DNA of 64,000 nt from Andalucia godoyi And28 (lineage: Eukaryota > Protista > Jakobida): positions 257,974 to 321,973 of the forward strand of contig VRVR01000027.1 of assembly GCA_009859145.1 (NCBI GenBank). Reading direction: 5' to 3'. Below are positions 42,992 to 53,035 of the stretch, piece by piece. How positions within the stretch are numbered: position 1 is the first letter of the stretch; the number at the start of each line of letters is the position of its first letter. Position numbers and translations under genes: made by a program. A model generated the notes under the pieces. That model did no database searches. It saw only the letters and a list, made by a program, of their open reading frames with translations, and was not told the origin of the DNA.

Positions 42992-43732
42992 GAGGTCTGG
43001 ATTGAAAGACCTTCTCCTTCTCCAACCTTATTAATCGCTTGCACGATGTCCCAGAGCGAAGTACGTTTGGGGGTGTGCAGAGATTTCCGTCTGTTGCTTT
43101 TCCCGCCTGTTTGGCTCTGCCGAAATGCGGCGGTGTAATTACGGTTGACGGACAGATTGATGATGCCGTGCTTTCTTCGTATAGCCGTTTGACCGAATCA
43201 TGCATCGTCTTTTCTATCTTTTGTCTTTTGTCGAATGTTCGTGAGACTGTTTAGTTCAGCTCATCGCGAAATATTGCTGGAGTGTCGTCACGTAACTCAA
43301 GACGCCGATCGTCGTTTTCTGGATTGTCGATTCGCAACGATATGCTTCCAAGGTTTTGTTTCGACCTCATTTTTCACTGTTGCTCTGATGCTGATCGTGC
43401 AATAATGTTTCTGCTTTTCTTTCCACGCAAAGTACGTCTGCTCTTGTTTGAGATCTGCTTCGTCGTCATTTTCGTCTTTCTGTTTTGTCTCTCTAAGGCG
43501 TTTCCATGCCTCTATGGCCGTGACTTCAGCCGGACGCTATCTTTGCAGGAAATTTTGCGTCTTCTGCAATATCCTTTGGAGCGCATGATGCGGCTGGGGT
43601 CCTTTTGCGCTTCTCTCAATCAGTATCTCATGCGTCCACGGCCTTATTTACATTCCGAACACTCCCTCTATCCTTTGCTGCATCGATGTCCTCCTAAACA
43701 CTCGAACTTCTCTCTTTTGCCTCCGTCTTTTT

Positions 43733-45058
43733 TCATACAGTTTCTGTCAACAGGACGACACAATCGTCTGCAGAGAGCAGTCCAACTTCTTCCTCGGAAA
43801 TCCCAATTTCGATTCTCTTTCTCCGCACGAGAATTCGCAGAAGAGGGAGAGGTTTTCGCGCAAGGTCTGCTTTCCTGCTGCACGTCAGCTCGGTACCGGA
43901 TTCCTCGACATCAGGATTTTTAATCTCTTTGCTTTCCGTCTGAGCTGGTTGAACGCTGTTTTCATCTTCGTCACTGTCGTGAACATCCGCGCACGTATGC
44001 GTACCGCAAGAATCGGCTAGTTCCTTTCCCAGTTCTCTTTCACAAATGTTTCGCACGGTCTGAGGTTGCCAGTAGTCTCCTCCGCGCGGTGCCTTTGGAG
44101 GTCCAAGATCAGTCATCAGAGGAAGAGCATCTGCGATTTTTTCGTACTGGAATCCTTCTCGTCGCATTTCGATGATCCGTTCGACGACGGGTCGCGTCGC
44201 AGTGTCATGCACTAGTGTTCTTGTTTCTGGGTTGACTCTATACCCGTAAGGCGGACAACTCATTACGAATCCTTTGGATCGACAGTGTTCCATTCCTCGT
44301 TTAACTCGTTGTCGTATCATCTCCCGTTCGTTTTCTGCCAAAGTCGCATGAAACATCAAGAATGATTTTGAGGCCGGATCCAAGGTGTCAAGGTTCGTTC
44401 GAAGTTCTATGAACCGACAGCCGGCTTGGGCTATTTGTCGCAGGAGGGGAACAGCGATGTCCATGCTCCGAGCAAGGCGACTCACTTCCGTGACGACAAT
44501 AATCTCTCCTTTTCGCATGGACCGAAGGAGCTGTGCGAGCCCTGGGCGATGTGTTTCGTCTTTCGCTCCTGAGATGCCTTCGTCTGTGTATATGCGACGC
44601 ACTGGAAGCTGTAGACTGTCGGCAGCGTATTTCCGGATAGCCGCTGTCTGGCTTTCCATCGATGCCTCCTGCATGTCCGTCGAGACGCGGACGTATCCGA
44701 GGACAGATGTCCAGGTCGACACGGTCTTGAGATCGAAATCCGTTGTCTTCGTTCTCCGTTTGTTTCGCTGGTCTTCATGCGGGGTACGGAGGGCTTCTGG
44801 AAGCTGGTCCTTCCAGGATTTCATGTTCAAATCAACTCGCCCATTTGTCGTTTCTTTAGAATTCTTCACGTTCTTCTCATTTGCATTCAGTCTGGCAGGA
44901 GTGGAGGGGCACTGTGAGTGATATTGCATTTTTGAGTCGATGAAAGGCATTTGCTTCGAGCTGTCGATTTGTTTTGTATGTAGGTTATGAGGTCGTCCTT
45001 TTCCTCCAGAACGGGGACCTCCTTTCTGGGACCGTACGGAAAGGTCTCTGCTGGACAT
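43733..45058 (-). CDS. Serine recombinase (resolvase catalytic domain plus recombinase DNA-binding domain)
   Basis: LGYVRVSTDMQ, DEGISGA..HRPGL, VTEVSRLARS, LAENEREMIRQRVKRG, then PPYGY...IADAL...WQPQTV. First ATG at 45058; the true start may lie further downstream. Confidence 0.92.
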   Translation of the reverse strand: MSSRDLSVRSQKGGPRSGGKGRPHNLHTKQIDSSKQMPFIDSKMQYHSQCPSTPARLNANEKNVKNSKETTNGRVDLNMKSWKDQLPEALRTPHEDQRNKRRTKTTDFDLKTVSTWTSVLGYVRVSTDMQEASMESQTAAIRKYAADSLQLPVRRIYTDEGISGAKDETHRPGLAQLLRSMRKGEIIVVTEVSRLARSMDIAVPLLRQIAQAGCRFIELRTNLDTLDPASKSFLMFHATLAENEREMIRQRVKRGMEHCRSKGFVMSCPPYGYRVNPETRTLVHDTATRPVVERIIEMRREGFQYEKIADALPLMTDLGPPKAPRGGDYWQPQTVRNICERELGKELADSCGTHTCADVHDSDEDENSVQPAQTESKEIKNPDVEESGTELTCSRKADLARKPLPLLRILVRRKRIEIGISEEEVGLLSADDCVVLLTETV

Positions 45059-45407
45059 AGAAACCCCTGGGTGTGTGGCCTTCTTGAAGACGACGAGAGG
45101 TCTAGACTGCACTCCTGTCAGAATGTCTGGTGAAGGGTCTTCTGTTCTTCACGCCCTCTGAGGTTCTGTGGCCGGTCGAGCATTCCTGCATCCGTTAATT
45201 TGGTCCTTTGGTCTCATCCGCTGTCTTATCTCCCGTAGGTTTGCGCCTCTGACCGCTAACGACGTGATCCATGATGATTGGTATCTCTCTCACTTTCTGA
45301 GATCGCCAAATTCTTATGTAGCGAAAACATCATACCTACATGAAGGACAGAAGCAGTCGGTTCGCACGCACCCACCATGATAGAAGGAATGATTATGATA
45401 AAGTTGT

Positions 45408-45878
45408 TTACCTTTCGAGACGATCTTCCGTCAACCGAATGCGCTTCGGTGAGGGACAGGATCCTTTTTCTTCTTCTTCTTCTTCTTCCTCTTCCTCTTC
45501 ATCTTCCTCTTCATCAACCACGTCATCTTCGCCATCATTTAGATCGTCAAGGCCGTCGAGATCATCCTCTGAAGGAAAGCAGTCGGGGTCTTCTGCTTCT
45601 TCAATTGCATCGATAATTTCTCTCCACGACCAGAAGTCTTCGTGGTGCCGGTCCGCGTCGTTGATTGTGCCATGCTGCAGTTTCTCTCTTGCGATCCACA
45701 CGCCACGGGTCTGAAGGCGTCGATCAATGATGCCATTATTCACAATGTTGTCCCAGCTGCGTTTCACGAAGGAGGGGATGTTGATGCATGGCATTTCTTT
45801 AGATTCCTCATTCTGAGTACGGAATAGAACACCGGTACCTGTGTATCCGGCAACAAAGAAGTTTCGAACAGACGACAT
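45408..45878 (-). CDS. Small hypothetical protein with a poly-Glu/Asp tract
   Basis: ATG-started ORF; the acidic tract corresponds to a (TCT)n-rich microsatellite at ~45465-45515; ends with a PKRIR basic motif. Confidence 0.5.
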   Translation of the reverse strand: MSSVRNFFVAGYTGTGVLFRTQNEESKEMPCINIPSFVKRSWDNIVNNGIIDRRLQTRGVWIAREKLQHGTINDADRHHEDFWSWREIIDAIEEAEDPDCFPSEDDLDGLDDLNDGEDDVVDEEEDEEEEEEEEEEEKGSCPSPKRIRLTEDRLER

Positions 45879-46222
45879 TCTAACAATGATCCACTGAAAC
45901 GTTTGGGACGAAAATCGCTGTCGTCCTAATACATTTTGATTGTCTAGAAATGCGTGATTTTAGCGATGGAAAAATGGTGGGAAAAGGCTTTCCTTCCAAC
46001 TTTTCGAATCGAAACTTTGTCCGGTGTTGTGCGTGACTGTCGCTTGAATTATTGCCTTACAACGGTGCAGCACATGATCCTTTATTGCGGAGAAACACAA
46101 GGACCTTCAGGGCGAACCGCGAGCCACAGAATTAAAAACGACGTCGGTATTCCCATAGAACGATGGTTTTCTCCAACCATCACGCACACGGTTTTGCTAA
46201 GACACTGACGACAGCAACGATC

Positions 46223-47370
46223 ATGCTTATGTAAAATCGAGATCACCTCCGTCGCCGACCTTCCGGTCCTCCTGAACAGCCTGAGTGACTGAAGCTCATG
46301 GAGACCCAGATGACCAAGCTTATGTAAAATCGAAATCAGCTCCGTCCGACCTTCCGGTCCTCCTGAACAGCCTGAGTGACTGAAGGTCATGGAGACCACG
46401 ATGACCAAGCTTATGTAAAATCGAAATCAGCTCCGTCCGACCTTCCGGTCCTCCTGAACAGCCTGAGTGACTGAAGGTCACACAGACCCAGATGACCATG
46501 CTTATGTAAAATCGAAATCAGCTCCGTCCGACCTGCCGGTCCTCCTGACCAGCCAGAGCAGCTGAAGGTCACACAGACCCAGATGACCATGCTTATATAA
46601 AGCTTATGTAAAATCGAGATCACACCCGTCCGACCTGCCGGTCCTCCTGAACAGCCTGAGTGACTGAAGGTCACACAGACCCAGATGACCATGCTTATAT
46701 AAAGCTTATGTAAAATCGAGATCACACCCGTCCGACCTTCCGGTCCTCCTGAACAGCCTGAGTGACTGAAGGTCACACAGACCCAGATGACCATGCTTAT
46801 GTAACATCGATACTCCCTCCGTCCGACCTTCCGGTCCTCCTGAACAGCCTGAGTGACTGAAGGTCACACAGACCCAGATGACCAAGCTTATGTAAAGCTT
46901 ATGTAAAATCGAGATCACACCCGTCCGACCTGCCGGTCCTCCTGACCAGCCAGAGTAGCTGAAGATGACGAATACCCAGATGACCATGCTTATGTAAAAT
47001 CGAAATCAGCTCCGTCCGACCTGCCGGTCCTCCTGACCAGCCAGAGTAGCTGAAGATGACGAATACCCAGATGACCATGCTTATATAAAGCTTATGTAAA
47101 ATCGAGATCACACCCGTCCGACCTGCCGGTCCTCCTGAACAGCTGGAGCGACTGAAGGTCACACAGACCCAGATGACCATGCTTATGTAAAATCGAAATC
47201 AGCTCCGTCCGACCTTCCGGTCCTCCTGAACAGCCTGAGTGACTGAAGGTCATGGAGACCCAGATGACCATGCTTATGTAAAATCGAGATCACACCCGTC
47301 CGACCTGCCGGTCCTCCTGAACAGCTGGAGCGACTGAAGATGACGGAGACCACGACGACCAGGCTTATGA
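46223..47370. repeat. Array 2 of the ~91-bp repeat family (12 units)
   Basis: Same unit and orientation as array 1; a mix of 91-bp and 102-bp spacings. Confidence 0.95.
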
Positions 47371-49517
47371 AAAAATGAGATTGACGTTCGCCACCGCTTT
47401 GTTTCATTTTCAATCCGTTGATTGATTTCGTTGCCCACGATGGTTGCAATGACGGCTGCTCTATGAGTATGGAGGTCCTCTCGTCCGTCTCATTAATCGT
47501 GTGTTTTTGTCGTAATTGCGTATTCAAGGTGTTGACTACCACGGTCATCGACATTCGAGCAGCGATGTAGGTGGTCTGTATGGAGTTCGGATCATCAAGA
47601 AACGAGCAACAGACATAGCTGTAGCAGAACGGTATGCGGCTTAACGTTGCATGTATGCCGCAAGACTCTTCAAAGAAGTCATTAGGATAGCAAAGGGCGA
47701 GCTCCTTAACGGAGCGACTGAGGATACCGGCGCATGCATGCTCTGACAGTAAAAGAAATGGGGGTCGCTGAATAACGTTGCTAAATGCAGTGGAAACGAT
47801 GCAAAAGCAATGCAGGTTTCCACCGTGGCAGGAATTGCTCGTACCGCAGGATCGGGCACAGTCGGCAGATTATTCTATTGGTCGGCGTTATTGTTTTTGG
47901 CACGTCGTCTTCCAATACTCATCTTTTCTCTTTTGAGAATTTGCTCCCGGTCGCTGTGCACATATTGTTCTTCGGTGCGGGTTTGTTACTAAAACAACAT
48001 CCTTACGACTTTCGCTGTATGATGGGGGAAAGAATGCTTTTCATATTCATCGGTAGAGCTGAAGGTAGATTTCTTGTGGGCAGAGGATATCCCAACTCAC
48101 AAACTAAGTGGAGCAAGGAATGAAAATGTGCTGCTTCGTCCTCACTTTCATCGTAACTGCACGGCCATGCAGATTCTCGTTTTCCGTTATGTGTGCTTCA
48201 ATCTGGAGTTTCATTCACGCTGTTCTCATCTGAAGATCCCTGACGACTCCGCTTTGAAAGATGGATTCTTTGACGGCGCACCAGAACTCGAAATCTCGGC
48301 GGGAATAGGCTGAAGGCACCCCTGCCAATCTGCTATCATGTCTAAAGCACCCTTAGAGCCTTGATTTCGCATCAAACTCGACAGTTTTCGGAGAATCTCG
48401 GTTCTGTTGAACTACAGGAATCCCACAATCTGCATAAGAACGTCGTTCGATTCGCCCTAACGGTATCCATACATCTCACTGCTGCTGTATTCGGATAACC
48501 TGTCTAGAATACTGTCAGAAGGGTCCTCCGATCTTAAAGAGACAGGTGCGTGCAGATAGCGCTGTCTAGATGCCAGAATGCGATGACTCTGATCAAGTGC
48601 TGTTCGATGATCCTGAGAAAGTGTCTGACCAGATGCAGCTAAAGAAATCAAAGAACAAGGTGGATTGGAGGTACTCCTTGAAACCCCCTCAACCACTCCT
48701 TTCTCCAAAACAGCTTGAATCAGGCTCTGTAATCCAAGTACAGAAGTACGATTGCTTCACGACTTCTTCTAATTTCTTTTAGCATTCGTGTGTTGCTTTG
48801 TAATGGGTCGCAGAGCACATTGAGAAGAGCGTTCTCCTGTAAGCTAAAAGAATTTCCTTTGTTTAAAATGGAAAGAAACCAGGATAGGCGAAAGTCGCGC
48901 AATATCAAGGTTGGTCGACATGAGCAGATCAAACCAGTGAAAAAAACTTCCTTAAAAAAGAAGAAACAGAAAACCTGAAAATGAAATCTAGACGTTCAAC
49001 TTGGAAACAAAATCTCTTTCGGAACAACACGTGGGGGCAAATCCGCGCCAGTCACGTCGTACCGCTGCAGACTTCTGCTTTGCGAACAAAATGAATTTGA
49101 AGCCCCCTGTTCCTACGACTGCGCGTTGACAGACGACTGTTGTTGCTAACCAACTGTTCTGCACTATGTACCGTAAAAGCCTTCATGCAAAATAGAAGGA
49201 AGCAAAATGGGTCTATCTACTTCTCAAGGTTCCCTAGCTGGTTGATGTCATTCTCCGGAACTAAACATGACTTGGGAAGATGGAAGGAAATGGGCGGCCT
49301 GTTAAAATCACAGAAACTTTCTTTCCACTTCGCCTCCATGTTCAGGACAGCAAAGGAGTAAGCGAGGAGCATCAAAAACAACTGGATCAGCCCACGTGAT
49401 AATCAGACACAAGGCCGATGCAGGTTTTGGAACTGTGGACGAAGGCATACAATCAGTTCGCACGACCTGTGTGTGTTTGGAATCCAGAATGCTACTGAGA
49501 GTAGTTACGGTCTTCGT

Positions 49518-50030
49518 TTACATGTATGCAGCAAGGAAAACAAAACCAAAAACCAGGGCCAACACACTGGGCATGAGACGAGGAGCAAGGGCATCGGATG
49601 ATGGCGGTGGGCCGTTGTCGCATTTCACAGTGCTGGTCATCCCGCGACTCGCGTTATGAGTTGCTCCATTCATCAAAGTGAAGAATTCTGGGGACCCAAA
49701 GCTGGCCGTATACGAGACAGAAAGAGAACTAGACCCGATGGGAAACAACGGGCCCACGTAGCACAAATTGATACTGTCCTGGCAGGTCAGTGAAAGACCT
49801 ATGACATCCAGGTACACCCCAGCGTACGAAACGGAAGTGCCTGCACACGCAACATTGGTCAAACTCCACGAGCCAACAGTTCCAGATGAGGAGTTGTAAG
49901 GACCTCCGCAGTACGGATTTCCACAGATGTCTGCAAGCAGAGCACTGGAGGTTGTCGGCTTGGCCCCATGCGAAACTCCCACAAGGACGAGCGCGACGCA
50001 GAGGCAGCTCAGCAGGACACTGAAGTTCAT
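49518..50030 (-). CDS. Secreted, probably GPI-anchored Cys-containing protein
   Basis: Hydrophobic signal peptide (MNFSVLLSCLCVALVLVGVSHG). The C-terminus has small residues followed by a hydrophobic tail (SSDA...LALVFGFVFLAAYM). Confidence 0.7.
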   Translation of the reverse strand: MNFSVLLSCLCVALVLVGVSHGAKPTTSSALLADICGNPYCGGPYNSSSGTVGSWSLTNVACAGTSVSYAGVYLDVIGLSLTCQDSINLCYVGPLFPIGSSSLSVSYTASFGSPEFFTLMNGATHNASRGMTSTVKCDNGPPPSSDALAPRLMPSVLALVFGFVFLAAYM

Positions 50031-50283
50031 TTGCTCGAACAATTACAAAACAAAAAATGAAAAGTCAAAAAGCAAAAAAGATAACGAAGGCGGTTCGCTT
50101 TAATAACGGGGAGCGGGAGCCAGTCCGAAGGTTAGTCGTGGACGACGATACACACAAAGGCTGGTTACTCAATGGTTACACGGTGGCATCAATCTGGGGC
50201 TCTGCAAGAATGGATGTGAGTCGAGCCGGATTCGTTTTACTTGTAAGAGCAGTCCTCGGTCCGTAGCTCGTGGCCCGTAGGCT

Positions 50284-51237
50284 TTAAATGGGCACAGCCT
50301 TTCTGGGAAGAAAGCAACAGCACAATCTATGGGCCATCTTTTCCAGGAATGTCAGAGATTCGCCAACGAGGATCTTGTACTGGACCCTCTTCAAGAAGAA
50401 CACGGGATTGACGAAAACAGTGAGGATTCGAAAGCAGAGCACCACGAAGCTTGCAATCGCTACGTATTTAACCACAAGACTGCGAATGGACAGCACATTT
50501 TCGGTGACATAATCGGAATATGGGTCGTTTTTTGTTGAACAGACATCGGAAGAAACAGAGAGCGGCGGTAGGACCATTCCATAGAAGGAGAAGAAGAAGA
50601 CTGCCCGGATCGAAAGTGCAAACATGAGAAACATAAGTACGGTAAAGATGATCTGCACCAGCTCAAACCATTTGTTTTCATAAAGGACATCTCCGGAAAG
50701 GCGCTTTCTGGTGGTGTAGACTTGGAAGAGCAAGACGATCAGCTCGGAGGCAAGCAAGACGAGGAAGAACGCGGCATTCCTGTGATAAACATCGTAATCA
50801 AAGTTGGACATGTTGTAGAACTCGTACTGCAGTGGAATTCCCGTACGCACGTATGTTTGCAGAAGGTCAGAAGTGTTTGTGCAGGGGGCACTGAGTATAA
50901 ACGCACATCCATCGAATCCATGCATGACCAAGCTACCTTGACGGAACGTGTAAAACACACTTCCATCCACCAGTGCGCCCTTCTCGCATCGAGGACCACG
51001 TGCGGTTGAAGGAAGTTCGTCGAGCATCCAGTAGTTTTGAACAGTAAAATCGTTGCCCAACCCCAGCCAAAGGCACATTGCAGCAAAGACAAGGACAAGA
51101 ATGGATGCAGAGGAATGGCAACAATGTGACCAGCGAACGCTCTTCTTGTAGACGTCTGTCAACAGGAGACGCTGGTCCGTTGTCATCTTCAAATGATAAG
51201 GGGAAACTTGCATTGGGCCAGAGGAAGAGTGGTCCAT
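50284..51237 (-). CDS. Predicted four-TM membrane protein
   Basis: Four hydrophobic stretches; a large first loop with Cys residues and N-x-S sequons; CCC near the C-terminus. Confidence 0.7.
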   Translation of the reverse strand: MDHSSSGPMQVSPYHLKMTTDQRLLLTDVYKKSVRWSHCCHSSASILVLVFAAMCLWLGLGNDFTVQNYWMLDELPSTARGPRCEKGALVDGSVFYTFRQGSLVMHGFDGCAFILSAPCTNTSDLLQTYVRTGIPLQYEFYNMSNFDYDVYHRNAAFFLVLLASELIVLLFQVYTTRKRLSGDVLYENKWFELVQIIFTVLMFLMFALSIRAVFFFSFYGMVLPPLSVSSDVCSTKNDPYSDYVTENVLSIRSLVVKYVAIASFVVLCFRILTVFVNPVFFLKRVQYKILVGESLTFLEKMAHRLCCCFLPRKAVPI

Positions 51238-51999
51238 GGAATCTGTTCAATCGAAAAAGAAAGAAAAGAAATGCAAGACGGCGGCCAGAGGAGGATAACG
51301 CAACGTACGCGAGACGAACCAATGGGGCGCCAGTCTCCTCCGACAGCAAAGAGCGAATGACGTAGATTCGGTTTCTATTTTGCGGTTCCCAATCCGTATT
51401 TGATTGACTGATGGCGCGTGAATGTCTTTCTATGCAGTTTTGAGGATGGGTGCTTGCGTCGGTACCTGGAGTGGCGCAAAGAACGCAGTAAAAGATCTCA
51501 AGACAGTTTTCCAGTTTATATCAAACCTCGATTTCATTGAACACATGCACGGCCAGTGTGCCGTCTTCTCCTCAAGCCGATGAGAGAAGCCACGTTCGTA
51601 GGTCCCTCGCCAGCAGTCATTACAGACTGCTCTCCCAGGGACCCCGACGGTATTCAGTGTCTCATATACGCACCTGTGCTGTAGGCCCAAAGGTTCATGC
51701 TAGCATCATTGAGAGAAGACAGGAGGATGCCGAATGACAAACAGAATGCCTCTGGCCATCTTCCTGAAGATCGTCAGTTTAAACCTTGGTTTTTCCATTG
51801 AAACACTACCCAAACGGATAGCAACGGGAAACTCGCATGCACTTTGCTGCAAGACAACAAAGGGACGACCGCCTGTGGGATTTCAGAGCGGCTGCGCGAA
51901 GAAGTGCGTACAAGCCGGTCACAACAAATCCACTAGCGGAGATGAGTATCCTCGCCCCCTGCAGTTCTAGTGTTCTTGGTCGGTCAAATCGGGGCAGAT

Positions 52000-52620
52000 C
52001 GCCGGAAACTTGTCATCGTCTGGGGCTCTGTCGTCAAGCTGGGAGGCAGGCAAGGATGACAAACGTTCCTGCTTATTCAGTGCCCTCGCAGATCAAGCCC
52101 GGTGTGACAGCCCATCCATCCGATTGCTGGTTCCGTGACAAGCATCCGAAGACGATCCCCGTCGGCGCGAGGTAGCAAACTTTCCTGAGATAATGATGTT
52201 TGTTATCATGTAAATTCCGAATTGCAGGTACACCCGAATCCACATTCATGCGACCTGCTTCATGAAAATCGATGGCTCTCTGATACACCAATTTCTGATG
52301 GTGTTTTTGTAGTAATTCGATAAGAGCACTTTAATGATTGTGAAGCATTTCAAATCCTACGCATCCTTCATTGAAAGGAATGTGATCCTCTCGAGCGTCT
52401 CGCACCAACACAGGTGGAGCATCTTGGAGTAAGGAAATGCAAAGACGGTATAGCAGCTGTTTATACCTCTCCCGTCTGAGACAAAGTTCTCTGGGACTTG
52501 ACTAATAGTATCGAGAGAGATGTAACACTGGCAGCCACGGCTTCGGTAGCCATTCCTCTAGAAACTTGACAAACGCAAGAACATGTTATTCGTCTTCAAC
52601 AACCTCGCGGTTGCATCCTT
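52000..52620 (-). pseudogene. Possible decayed gene of unknown family
   Basis: One minus-strand frame reads as protein-like for ~190 codons, interrupted by three stops (..SRYY*SSPR..LHNH*SALI..EGTE*). Confidence 0.25.
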
Positions 52621-52641
52621 TTGTCCCTGTTTTGACTGATT

Positions 52642-52878
52642 CTACGCCATGTCTTCAGATTCATCTTTTTTCTCTACGCCTGCCAAGCGATCTGCTTTTG
52701 TAGGATGTACTCCTTCCAATCGCTCTCCGTTGGTCTCGGGTGCCGGCGGCTTTTGCTCTCCCCAGCAGCGGAACATGTCTTGCGTCTTCTCGACCGCGTA
52801 AGCACATGTTCGGAAAAACGCCGGGATGTTACCAATCACAATCAGAAGAACGAGAACAATCAGTACGGCGAGCATCAT
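52642..52878 (-). CDS. Small single-pass membrane protein (tentative)
   Basis: MMLAVLIVLVLLIVIG hydrophobic start followed by a charged tail. Confidence 0.35.
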   Translation of the reverse strand: MMLAVLIVLVLLIVIGNIPAFFRTCAYAVEKTQDMFRCWGEQKPPAPETNGERLEGVHPTKADRLAGVEKKDESEDMA

Positions 52879-53035
52879 GACAGCGTCCGATCTTTTATGT
52901 AGTAATGAAAAAAGCCAGTTCAAAAACTGCAGCGAATGGTGACTCTCGTTTACCTCTAAGGTTGGAAAAGATTCTCTGGTTCTGGTCGATTCCACGGCAT
53001 TCGGTTGATGACCTACATTCACCTTCAACAACAAC

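Noticed and set aside
42239-43205. Four overlapping 150-240-aa ORFs across the minisatellite
   Set aside because: The frames stay open because of repeat periodicity; there is no evidence favouring any one as a real gene.
43000-46200. IS607/Fanzor (TnpB) element around the serine recombinase
   Set aside because: No RuvC or Zn-finger TnpB motifs were found in the neighbouring frames I read, and the recombinase lacks the N-terminal HTH layout of IS607 TnpA.
46082-47554. Minus-strand repeat-encoded peptides (MVIWVCVTFSHSG...)
   Set aside because: The 91-bp period shifts the frame at most junctions, so no continuous protein is encoded.
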